Made by a program: the position numbers and the translations under genes. From a virus (Duplodnaviria; Heunggongvirae; Uroviricota; Caudoviricetes), in the IMG/VR virus record IMGVR_UViG_3300031994_000001, positions 311,799 through 375,798 of that record: DNA of 64,000 nt, one strand, 5' to 3'. The notes below the pieces were generated by a model that was not told the origin of the DNA, ran no database searches, and saw only the letters and a program-made list of their open reading frames with translations. Shown here piece by piece: positions 48,911 through 57,548 of this stretch (position 1 is the first letter of the stretch; each line of letters begins with the position of its first letter).

Positions 48911-49690
48911 TTATATAGCGGTATGCTTTGTCCTTCGTGTGAAATCCATAATATCAACAGTCATAATCGGATTATCATCATAACTGTTCGAAATTATGCC
49001 CCAAGCACCCTTTTTATTGTTCCAACGAAGTCTTGCATAATAAATCTCCCTTCCGTGCAAATCCTCTGTCGGATATGTGAAATGACCGTCAGAACTTATT
49101 TTGGTGACATTCGCATATTTTTTATATTTGTCTGGAACATAGTCCTCCCTCACATAAATCCCAAGAACGCTCTCCTGCTCATATTTTTTCACACGTTTGG
49201 CAAGGTCTTCATATTCATATATGGTTGTTTTTAGCGTCTTGTTTGCATAAGTAAACCCGTTGTTAAATATATTGGTGATGATTGGCATAAGACAGCAAAA
49301 GCCGTCCATCGGTTTGACACCTATGACATAGCCGTTCAGTTCAAGAATACGCATAGCGTCATTCTGCTCGTCCCAAGTGATTGGAAGTTTCCAAACCTCG
49401 TTCTCAATGTCATTGTCGTAATCTATATAAAGTCCGCCGACAGACGACTTGAACACACTGACACCGCCGTCTGAATTTGAGCGGTCAAACTTGTTTTCGT
49501 CCCAATACCACATAATAGACGATACAAGGGCTGACGCGATAGCCTTCAGTTTCTCGGCTCTGCTTTTCGGCATTTCGGGAAACCCTTTCAAATCCGCCTC
49601 GGTTATTTTCAGATTTGACAACGCCGCACCCTCGCTTGCAAGCCTCGCCTTTGTAACGGGTGATATTTTCAGTTTACTTACGCTTTCCAT
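48911..49690 (-). CDS. hypothetical protein with degenerate shared leader
   Basis: MESVS-KLKISPVTKARL. Confidence 0.75.
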   Translation of the reverse strand: MESVSKLKISPVTKARLASEGAALSNLKITEADLKGFPEMPKSRAEKLKAIASALVSSIMWYWDENKFDRSNSDGGVSVFKSSVGGLYIDYDNDIENEVWKLPITWDEQNDAMRILELNGYVIGVKPMDGFCCLMPIITNIFNNGFTYANKTLKTTIYEYEDLAKRVKKYEQESVLGIYVREDYVPDKYKKYANVTKISSDGHFTYPTEDLHGREIYYARLRWNNKKGAWGIISNSYDDNPIMTVDIMDFTRRTKHTAI

Positions 49691-50238
49691 ACTGCCAACT
49701 TTATTTCAACCTCCTGCGCACGGAATGTGCAGTTAAAGGTTTTCATATCAATCATATTGCTCGAATAGTTGAAGTCAAGACCGTCAATGCTTGTAAACAG
49801 CACGTTCTTGAACTCTATCGTAAACACCTCATAGCCGCTGCCGTCAAATATCCTAATGAAAGGAACTCCGTTTATGAATTTGTCCTCCGCCGAAGAATAA
49901 TAGTAGTTGAACAAATCGCACATAAGGAAATAATTTATATATCCGTCATATAACTGCTGTGTCACCGTAAACTCCTTTGACACGAGTTTTTCGGGTGACA
50001 TAGCGGAACGGTATATCCTCGAATACGGGGTTTTTCTGTCGTATTGCTCAACGACATCGAATTGGATATTCTGCATATTGAATCCCTGCACGCCGTAGTT
50101 CACATAGTCAATGCAACGGTCGAACATCGTGCCTGGGATTCTTTGCAGATAAGGCATATACTTGTCGTTTATCTCATCGGGAACGAGTGTCTTTGAAAAA
50201 AAGAACTCGAACATATTGTTTCTTGCAGGTTGTAGCAT
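49678..50238 (-). CDS. tail tube-fold protein (gp19/gp3/gp54-like)
   Basis: EFTVT...DGYINY..M; FKNVLFTSIDGLDFNY.....TFNCTF; TATAAATA at 50256-50263. Confidence 0.55.
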   Translation of the reverse strand: MLQPARNNMFEFFFSKTLVPDEINDKYMPYLQRIPGTMFDRCIDYVNYGVQGFNMQNIQFDVVEQYDRKTPYSRIYRSAMSPEKLVSKEFTVTQQLYDGYINYFLMCDLFNYYYSSAEDKFINGVPFIRIFDGSGYEVFTIEFKNVLFTSIDGLDFNYSSNMIDMKTFNCTFRAQEVEIKLAVWKA

Positions 50239-50285
50239 ATAAAAACAGTTTTCAATATTTATAAATCCGCCGACTATAAACAGAA

Positions 50286-50315
50286 AAAACGCCTCCGAAT
50301 AATCAGAGGCGTTTT
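50286..50315 (-). terminator. Rho-independent terminator
   Basis: AAAACGCCTC...GAGGCGTTTT. Confidence 0.75.
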
Positions 50316-50343
50316 CTAATTTAGAATGGAAAGTATTTGAAAG

Positions 50344-50526
50344 TTACAGATTTTCTTTATTTTCTTGCGGTTCTCCGCCTTTTTCTTCCTTCTCGTTGAA
50401 ATAGTTTGGCAACAACACACGGATTGCTGCATAAATCAACGCGGAATCTTTGATTGTGTACGCACCTGCCTTCTGCCCAAATTCAGCAGCCTGCACAAGT
50501 ACATTGATTGCTTCTTTTTCGTTCAT
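50344..50526 (-). CDS. small hypothetical protein
   Basis: 60-aa ORF directly after Hsp20. Confidence 0.65.
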   Translation of the reverse strand: MNEKEAINVLVQAAEFGQKAGAYTIKDSALIYAAIRVLLPNYFNEKEEKGGEPQENKENL

Positions 50527-50536
50527 ATCTTATGTA

Positions 50537-50974
50537 TTATTGAATTGTTATCGCTTTTTTTGAATCTTTTTTAGCACGTTTCGGCATATAGATTGTCATA
50601 ACGCCGTTGCGCAGTTGAGCCTTGATTTCAGAATCGTCAATGTCGTAGCCAAACGGGATTTTAATGTCCTCGTCAGACTTCATATTTACGAATGTGCGCT
50701 TGATGTCAGTCTTGGCAAAGATTCGGACATAATTCACGCCGTTCTTTTCGGTCGATATCTCCATACCGAGACAATCCTTTTCAATTTCGGGCATAAGGAT
50801 TTGGACAACCCTCATATCGTCCGATTCGGTCATCTTGACGCTCATATTGTCGTAACAGCAGGAACACCCGCATTCGTTTTTTGAAGAGAACATTTTTGTA
50901 AACGCATCGTTCAGTTCTTCAAAGTTTGTGCCGAAGTTGGCAAACAGTTCTTCTAAATTTTTAATACCGCTCAT
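50537..50974 (-). CDS. small heat-shock protein (Hsp20)
   Basis: MP.IEK, IKAQLRNGVMTIYMPK, C-terminal ITI (IxI motif). Confidence 0.8.
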   Translation of the reverse strand: MSGIKNLEELFANFGTNFEELNDAFTKMFSSKNECGCSCCYDNMSVKMTESDDMRVVQILMPEIEKDCLGMEISTEKNGVNYVRIFAKTDIKRTFVNMKSDEDIKIPFGYDIDDSEIKAQLRNGVMTIYMPKRAKKDSKKAITIQ

Positions 50975-51056
50975 AGTCTTGTGTTTAATAGTATATAATA
51001 AATTTTTGGATTTTTTGTTTGTGTTGGAATTTTTTTTTTTTCAACGGGGAACTGCC

Positions 51057-51100
51057 AGCAATTTATGTGCCAAAGCACAAAAACTGACATTTTGTCAGTT
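51057..51100 (-). promoter_or_regulatory. sigma54-type -24/-12 promoter plus palindromic operator
   Basis: minus strand TGGCAC-ATAAA-TTGCT (51057-51072); palindrome AACTGACA-ttt-TGTCAGTT (51082-51100). Confidence 0.65.
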
Positions 51101-52444
51101 CTTCATAATGCTCTTACGCAAAGTTTTCAAGTCGTCCATATACATATCTTTCGGCACACGTTTGTTCATATCCGAAAGTTCAGCCTTTTTTAACTTGCAT
51201 TCTTCAAGCAGTTCGGCATACCTCTCCTTTGTAAGAGAGTATATCGGCATATTGATTAGGTAGTCGTATGAATTGGAAACCTTATCGAACTTGTTTGCTT
51301 CAAGCCAAGCGCACACATCCTTTTTCGGAACGTTGTTGACTTTGAGTTTCTTGTCTATGATTGACTTGACGAAACGAGCCTTGTTGGTAAGAATCATAAG
51401 TTCCTTTTCGAGTTTGGCAACAAGGTATGCCTTGCGCTTCGCATACCAAGTAAGTCGGTAATCACAGAAATAAGGAACAATGTCCTCCGCCTTGCTGAAT
51501 TGTCTCAACTTGCCGTTCTCGTCAATCGTAACGATATTCTCCGTGTCGGAAGTGTTGACACACAACACCTTTTCGAGTTTGCCGCTGTCAATGAGTTCCT
51601 TCAGCCCTGCACGTGTGAATTTGAGAACATAGTCAACCACAGACGAACTGTTGTTGTCATAGTCAACAATCACTTTTTTGTCAACAAGACTGTCAAGGTA
51701 TTCCTCGTATTTCTCAAATGTGATTTGCGGCGGCAGGTCTTTCACTCTGACCGTGGTCGTGTTCACAACTGTATAGACACCCGATATGTTCCACTTGTTA
51801 GGGTTGTCCTTATCCCTCGTGAATGTACCGCCGAACTCCGACAGCCAAGGTTTCAACTCCTTCTGCTTCTTTCCGTTGAGGTGCGCTATGCAAGCGTCAA
51901 CAACATCAAGGGGGTTTCGGTTGAAAATGTTGGTCGAATACCCGACAGCGATTCCTGGGCTTCCATTCAACAGCAGTGTCGGAACTATCGGCAGAAAGAA
52001 ATTTGGTTCTATCTCATAGCCTTCCTCAATCTTGTTTTCAAGCAACTCGAAATCCTTATAGAGCATTCGGAAGTTCTTTGACAACTTCGTGCTTATGTAA
52101 CGCGGCGCACCCGCAGACGGAACACGCAGACTTCCATACTGACCCGAACCTTCGAGCAGCGGCAGGCTGTTCTTGAATGTCTGACCCATATACGTTATGG
52201 CATCGCACATACTCTTGTCACCGTGCGCATACAACGCCATAGAGGAAACCTGCCCGCTCAACTGAAAGACCTTCATAGGCTTTTCGCTGCCGCTTTTCCA
52301 AATCTTGTTGGCGACATACACGATTTTCCTCTGAACGGGTTTGAACCCATCTATACAACTCGGAATCGCTCTGTCCTCAACAACGGACTTTGCGAACAGA
52401 AGTTGGTCAACGTCAAGAAAATTGTCTATTGTACGAAATCTCAT
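51095..52444 (-). CDS. DNA topoisomerase II breakage-reunion subunit (T4 gp52/GyrA-like)
   Basis: RAIPS.IDGFKPVQRK, YAHGD, GQYGS, APRY (catalytic Tyr), LLNG..GIAVGYST. Confidence 0.93.
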   Translation of the reverse strand: MRFRTIDNFLDVDQLLFAKSVVEDRAIPSCIDGFKPVQRKIVYVANKIWKSGSEKPMKVFQLSGQVSSMALYAHGDKSMCDAITYMGQTFKNSLPLLEGSGQYGSLRVPSAGAPRYISTKLSKNFRMLYKDFELLENKIEEGYEIEPNFFLPIVPTLLLNGSPGIAVGYSTNIFNRNPLDVVDACIAHLNGKKQKELKPWLSEFGGTFTRDKDNPNKWNISGVYTVVNTTTVRVKDLPPQITFEKYEEYLDSLVDKKVIVDYDNNSSSVVDYVLKFTRAGLKELIDSGKLEKVLCVNTSDTENIVTIDENGKLRQFSKAEDIVPYFCDYRLTWYAKRKAYLVAKLEKELMILTNKARFVKSIIDKKLKVNNVPKKDVCAWLEANKFDKVSNSYDYLINMPIYSLTKERYAELLEECKLKKAELSDMNKRVPKDMYMDDLKTLRKSIMKN

Positions 52445-52446
52445 TA

Positions 52447-52950
52447 TTACATTGAAAGTTTTTTAGAGAAGATGAAGTCTCGGATTTCCATAATCTCGGC
52501 GTATTCATTAACTGAAAAGCCTTCATATATGGTATTAAGAAAATCCGTAAATGTCATAAACGACTGCATATCTTCATACTTCGGATATGTTTTGGTGTCG
52601 AATATATAGTCATTAGCCAAAAAGCAAATGGCTGTGCGCATACCGTACAAGTCGGGTTCGTAAAAACCGCAATGCGGTATGCTGTGCGAGGTTAGGAATC
52701 TGTCAACCTCATCCAAGTCGGCTGATGTTCCAGCGTCAAGAACAATCATAGTCTTATGGCGGTTAGCCCACTCGTGATAGATTCTCCTTGTTTTCTCGTC
52801 AGCGAGAATCGGGTCTTTAATCATTTCAGAAAAATCAACAACCGCGTGAAGCGACTGTATGCCTTTCTGCATAGGGTTCAGTTGGCGAAGCACCATAGAG
52901 TACATCCTTACCTCTTGACCCTTGTATTCTTTCTTTTCTTCTTCAGACAT
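52447..52950 (-). CDS. peptidyl-tRNA hydrolase type 2-like protein
   Basis: MY..V...L...QKGIQ..HA, W....KT.IVL, F.EPDL....TA. Confidence 0.6.
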   Translation of the reverse strand: MSEEEKKEYKGQEVRMYSMVLRQLNPMQKGIQSLHAVVDFSEMIKDPILADEKTRRIYHEWANRHKTMIVLDAGTSADLDEVDRFLTSHSIPHCGFYEPDLYGMRTAICFLANDYIFDTKTYPKYEDMQSFMTFTDFLNTIYEGFSVNEYAEIMEIRDFIFSKKLSM

Positions 52951-53021
52951 TCTGTTAGGGTTTTTGATGAAATCTATAAAATCTTTTATACAGTCAATCT
53001 ATTCGGCAAACGCAGGTCTGC

Positions 53022-53570
53022 TCATTTCAGATTCTCCTTGTATGAGTTGCGGAACACCGTGTCAAACACACCGCCATAGTAACCGCTTTCCTCCATTATA
53101 TCCAACGCCTCATCGAAAGTCCATTCGCCTACTTTGAAATATTCTTCATTGGTAGTATCAAAAAGGAACTCACGAGTAACGTCAAAATAATAGTCACCTA
53201 CCTTATTGAATGCGTGTTCTATCGGTATAACGCTGTAACACATATAACCTTCGACATATTCAACATCAACGCTCCCGACATTCTCGCCAAGGAAAGTGAC
53301 ATTATCCATATTGTTCAGAATCTGCGCAGCGTGAAGTGCGTTGGCATAGCATTTCTTTCTCTTGAATTTACCTATCGCTTTAAGACGCTCCACGGTCTGC
53401 GGGTCGAACAAATCCCTTACGGAACTGATTTCGACCCGTTTCAAGCATTCGAGTTTATGGTTAAAGTAATCACGCTGATAGCCAGATGAAAGTTTGGCGA
53501 ACTGCTTTAACATATTGACGACCGAATAGTCTTCGTTTTCCGTGATAAACTCAATATACTTTTTGACCAT
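53022..53570 (-). CDS. hypothetical late protein with possible Cys-His-Asp triad
   Basis: MVKKYIEFITE-N leader; CYANA, YVEGY, IEHAF, YFDVT; TATAAATA at 53589-53596. Confidence 0.65.
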   Translation of the reverse strand: MVKKYIEFITENEDYSVVNMLKQFAKLSSGYQRDYFNHKLECLKRVEISSVRDLFDPQTVERLKAIGKFKRKKCYANALHAAQILNNMDNVTFLGENVGSVDVEYVEGYMCYSVIPIEHAFNKVGDYYFDVTREFLFDTTNEEYFKVGEWTFDEALDIMEESGYYGGVFDTVFRNSYKENLK

Positions 53571-53591
53571 AGAACATTTTTGTTGACTTAT

Positions 53592-55172
53592 TTATACCTG
53601 CTTCGAAGCATCGGTAAACAAGTCAAACTTTATAGTTGGATAAGATTCGTAGTCGGTGATTCTGATGTCATTCGGTTCGAGTTTGGCAAGTCTGTCATAT
53701 CCGCCGATTGGTTCGGGCAAACCCAACGCCTCGGTGACTGTGATATGAGCCGCATCGAACAGATATGGGTTTCTGTCAAGCATACGCTTCACGCCCTCAA
53801 TGTGGCTTGTGTAGATATGCGCGTTGCCGAGTGAACCCGCGAGCATCTTCGGAAGCATATTGACGGTCTTGGCAATGATAGTCAGCATAATCGCGTAACT
53901 CAAAATGTTGAACGGAACACCCAACGCCATATCGCAGGAACGCTGAATCCAACGCATACTCAAATAGTATTTCGGAACATCGTGTTCGTCAAACACGTCA
54001 ACGATTGACCTGCCGCCAATTTCACCTCCGACATTCTTGTTGAAATAGTCAATTCTGTCGTTAATCGGAATAGGCTCTGTGTAGAACTCCATAGCGTAAT
54101 GGCAGGGCGGCAACGCCATTTCGGGAATGCGTTTCGGATTCCACGCGGTGACAATAAGCCGTCTGTTGAACGGGTCGGTTTTCAGTTTGTTGACAACCTC
54201 TTTGAGTTGGTCTATGCCGCTGTGGTCGAAGTCAGTCCATTGCGAACCGTAGATTGGACCGACATCCCCGAAGGTGTATGCGCCATCTTCCCAATTCATA
54301 GAACCACCTACGTCAACATATTTCATAAATCCATCGAATCCGAGCGGTTCTGTCACGCCGTGCTTTTCGGCAAGTTTCAGATAATGGGCGTATGCGTCCT
54401 TATCCCAAATGTGGACATTTCTGTCGTTGAGGTAATTGATGTTCTTGCAGCCTTGGAAGAACCAAAGCAATTCAACAATGACGGCTTTCATAGCCATTTT
54501 CTTCGTTGTCAGAACGGGCAAGCCCTTGCGCAAGTCGAAATGCAGATGCGCGTCAAACAGACTTCTCGCCGTGCCGACCCTTGTCGGGGTGTCAACACCA
54601 TTTTCAATAATATCGCGGAGCAAGTCCAAATACTGAACGTCACAATGTGACTCGTGGCGTTTGCGAAACACGTTATAGAACGAGCAGCCGTCTCCGTTAC
54701 CTGCCCATCTCACCACATATCTCGCCGTGCGGAGTTTGTCGAACATAGGGAAGTATGTATCCAACCTCTTTTCCTCGCAATCCTTTATGATTGAAAGATA
54801 GATTGTGTCAGCCATATCCCTTTCCATAAGGTATTCAAAAACCTTTGCACCGCCGATATAGAAGATTTCGTCTTTGTAACCCGCTGATTCGGCAGCGGCT
54901 TCCGCTTCATCAATATTGGTGGCAATGGTCGGAATGACACCATTCTCGGACAATCCCTGCGGCTTGTAGTTTCTGTCGCTTGTGAGAATGATATTCAGTC
55001 TGTTTTTTAGCGGATGACCTATTGATTCATAGGTCTTTCTACCCATAACAACGGCTTGTCCTTTCGTAAGGCTAACAAACCGCTGCATATCGTCTTTGTT
55101 TTTCCACGGGAGTCTGCCGTCAACTCCGATGCCACCGTCTTCTGTGGTGGCGACAACAATGTTTCTAATCAT
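53592..55172 (-). CDS. thyA: bifunctional dihydrofolate reductase-thymidylate synthase
   Basis: DHFR: IG.DGRLPW..DM..F, MGRKTYESI..PL..R, IGG; TS: TTKK, ELLWF, GPIYG.QW, ALPPCH, QRSCD..LGVPFN, HIY. Confidence 0.93.
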   Translation of the reverse strand: MIRNIVVATTEDGGIGVDGRLPWKNKDDMQRFVSLTKGQAVVMGRKTYESIGHPLKNRLNIILTSDRNYKPQGLSENGVIPTIATNIDEAEAAAESAGYKDEIFYIGGAKVFEYLMERDMADTIYLSIIKDCEEKRLDTYFPMFDKLRTARYVVRWAGNGDGCSFYNVFRKRHESHCDVQYLDLLRDIIENGVDTPTRVGTARSLFDAHLHFDLRKGLPVLTTKKMAMKAVIVELLWFFQGCKNINYLNDRNVHIWDKDAYAHYLKLAEKHGVTEPLGFDGFMKYVDVGGSMNWEDGAYTFGDVGPIYGSQWTDFDHSGIDQLKEVVNKLKTDPFNRRLIVTAWNPKRIPEMALPPCHYAMEFYTEPIPINDRIDYFNKNVGGEIGGRSIVDVFDEHDVPKYYLSMRWIQRSCDMALGVPFNILSYAIMLTIIAKTVNMLPKMLAGSLGNAHIYTSHIEGVKRMLDRNPYLFDAAHITVTEALGLPEPIGGYDRLAKLEPNDIRITDYESYPTIKFDLFTDASKQV

Positions 55173-55173
55173 A

Positions 55174-55746
55174 TCATTTAAGGTTTTTCTGTAAATAGTC
55201 CTGCGCTTTCTTGAACAGTTCGCGTGTCTTTGATAGGGATATTCCCATAGTCTCGGATATGCTGATAAAATCGGTCTTGCCGTTGTGCGTCTGCTTGAAT
55301 CCGAACTTCATATCCACGATGTCCCTGCTCTTACTGTCAAGTTCGCCGACAAGACGCTTGTAGTCCATAAGCAGTTCCTCGTAAACTCTGTCACTGTACT
55401 GTCCAAAATCAATGTCATCGCCGTTCTCATACGATATGCCCGTATAGGAATGGACGATATTCTCATAGTCTTTGAATCCAGAATTTAATCTGTTGTAGGG
55501 GATTTTCACAATGTTCCGTTGCAGGTTGATTTCGTTCTTCGCATACTCCGTCATAAGCGGCTTACAGTAAACCCAAAAATTAGGGTTCTTTGACGAATCA
55601 TAACGCTCTATGCTCTTTGCAACGGCAATGCAACAAACCTGCCGCACGTCATTCTGCGTGTCGGCGTTGAAGCAATTGAACTTACAAAATATGTAATTCA
55701 GTATTCTGCTGAAATCTTTTGAGTTGATAAGTTCCTCGAATTTCAT
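55174..55746 (-). CDS. phage sigma70-family factor (paralog of 7174..7914)
   Basis: DVRQ...IAV.KSIERYD.SK..NFW.Y; NIVKIPYNR; NGKTDF.SI..TMGIS. Confidence 0.72.
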   Translation of the reverse strand: MKFEELINSKDFSRILNYIFCKFNCFNADTQNDVRQVCCIAVAKSIERYDSSKNPNFWVYCKPLMTEYAKNEINLQRNIVKIPYNRLNSGFKDYENIVHSYTGISYENGDDIDFGQYSDRVYEELLMDYKRLVGELDSKSRDIVDMKFGFKQTHNGKTDFISISETMGISLSKTRELFKKAQDYLQKNLK

Positions 55747-56021
55747 AATGTGTCAACTTTTTTGTACATAGCATTAGTGACAGTTTCGACAACGATTTTG
55801 TCGTCAGTGTTCGCGGTTCGCGAACAGACTTCAAATACGCCCTTTCGCTTGTTATAAAAGGCGAAAGCGTATTGCTTTAATTTCGTCACCGCACTCAAAA
55901 TCGGGTCGTCATCCGACTTCGAGTCGCTAAACAAATCAAGTTGAACATTTCGTTTGATGGCGTACAAAACGCCATAGCCGCCTTCAAGCGGCTTTTCCTT
56001 TCTCGAATCTTTCCATTCCAT
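55743..56021 (-). CDS. hypothetical protein
   Basis: in-operon ORF. Confidence 0.6.
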   Translation of the reverse strand: MEWKDSRKEKPLEGGYGVLYAIKRNVQLDLFSDSKSDDDPILSAVTKLKQYAFAFYNKRKGVFEVCSRTANTDDKIVVETVTNAMYKKVDTL

Positions 56022-56039
56022 AATACATTATCTTTAAGG

Positions 56040-56840
56040 TTAATCTTTAACTATTTCAACATTATTGTAATCTATTGGTGTGTAAAACTTTCTGTTCCTT
56101 ATCAAATTATCAGCCTCTCTGTAATATGATTCAAATTCATCCTTTGCGATAGGCTCTATCTCGTCTTTCGGCGGGATATTCTTGACATTCGGCACAATCT
56201 CGGTACACGAATAGTCGAATCGGTTTATCTTCACAAGAATCCTGCCGCCGTCTTTCATAAGACCGTAACAGTCCGTGTAGAGATAATCTTTTGTCTTTTT
56301 CATAAAGTAGTCGGGGTATCCGTCCGTTGCGTGGACAGACGAATCCTGCGGAGTGATTGACGGCATAGCGGCAGAATGCCTTGTCTGCACGGGTGCTTCT
56401 GTAACTTGGGGTTGCACCTCGGCGGGTTCTTGACGTTTCTGCGCTGCGGGTTTCTTGACCTCGTTCTTCGGATAAAGTGTATCCTTGAAATTAGGATTCA
56501 CACTTTTCCACACAAACTCGCCGTCAACCTTGGTGATGAAGTTATTACGCTTCTGACAGATGGATTCCAACGATTCCTCACCAAATCCAATGTCATTGGC
56601 ACAGTTGGTCTCTATTCTCTCAATGAGTTTAAACAGTTCCTCCGCAATACGCTTCGGACTGTAAAAATCGCAGTATTGCATATACAACGCCTCGCAGCAT
56701 TCCTGCAAATTCTCGCTTACAACAAATGTTTGAAAAACACCGTCATTGTAGGTGGCACGCCAACCACCCTTGTCGAACTGAATGTTTACATTCTTGCCGT
56801 CATCTCCGAAAAGACCTATGATTTTTGTTGTTATGTCCAT
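56040..56840 (-). CDS. hypothetical protein
   Basis: 266-aa in-operon ORF. Confidence 0.7.
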   Translation of the reverse strand: MDITTKIIGLFGDDGKNVNIQFDKGGWRATYNDGVFQTFVVSENLQECCEALYMQYCDFYSPKRIAEELFKLIERIETNCANDIGFGEESLESICQKRNNFITKVDGEFVWKSVNPNFKDTLYPKNEVKKPAAQKRQEPAEVQPQVTEAPVQTRHSAAMPSITPQDSSVHATDGYPDYFMKKTKDYLYTDCYGLMKDGGRILVKINRFDYSCTEIVPNVKNIPPKDEIEPIAKDEFESYYREADNLIRNRKFYTPIDYNNVEIVKD

Positions 56841-56842
56841 AA

Positions 56843-57397
56843 TTAAAGATTGAATACTTTGATTACATCGGTCAGATAGTCGCAGCGCACAATCTGCTCG
56901 CAGCCGCCAAGCGTGCGGACATCAATGCCTCTGTTGTACGGTGCTGAAATCAGAATACCGAACTTTGCGTCAACCCCTTGGAATTTCTTGGGATTGTCGT
57001 CAATGAAAAATTCAAGCCTGCCGAATCTGTTTTTGTCGTGCAGGAAACACAAATCGTCAAACTTGAACCCGTTTTTGGTGAGCCATTCAATAGTGTGTAC
57101 CTTCTGCGCAACATTGGGCTGCGTGGTAAGCACAACGACATCGTGCCTTGACACGAGTTCGTTGAACGCCTCTCTCGCCCCCTTGATTACGGGCGCGTCA
57201 AAAAACAGTTCCTTGACGTGCTTTCTGAAAAAGAAGTCGTCAGCATCGTCAACCAACGGGAAAGACTTTTTCAAATCATAGTGAACGACATCATCCATAG
57301 TTTTGTTGTCGTTGTATTCCCTATTGTAAACTTCGACAGCGGCGAGGGTGAAATCCCTCAACACACCGTCAACATCTATGCCAATTCTCTGTCTCAT
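56843..57397 (-). CDS. 5'(3')-deoxyribonucleotidase (HAD, NT5C-like)
   Basis: IGIDVDGVL.DF, LTT, K..WL, FIDDNP, APYN. Confidence 0.85.
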   Translation of the reverse strand: MRQRIGIDVDGVLRDFTLAAVEVYNREYNDNKTMDDVVHYDLKKSFPLVDDADDFFFRKHVKELFFDAPVIKGAREAFNELVSRHDVVVLTTQPNVAQKVHTIEWLTKNGFKFDDLCFLHDKNRFGRLEFFIDDNPKKFQGVDAKFGILISAPYNRGIDVRTLGGCEQIVRCDYLTDVIKVFNL

Positions 57398-57416
57398 AAT
57401 TTTTTATTTGAAAAAA

Positions 57417-57548
57417 GCACACAAGAACCAAAATCAATTACCTTATCACAATGCAATTCGTCAAGTTTGCTGAAAGGTTCTTTATCGTGCAACGAGGAAC
57501 TGTGTTGTCTCTGCATTTTAGATACAATGGAATCGCTGCGTGTTCCTC
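57417..57548 (-). ncRNA. candidate small RNA of two tandem hairpin units with CAGCRA motif
   Basis: GAGGAAC-acg-CAGCGA...GTTCCTC and AAGAACC-ttt-CAGCAA...GGTTCTT; upstream TTTATTATA and downstream T-run. Confidence 0.45.
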
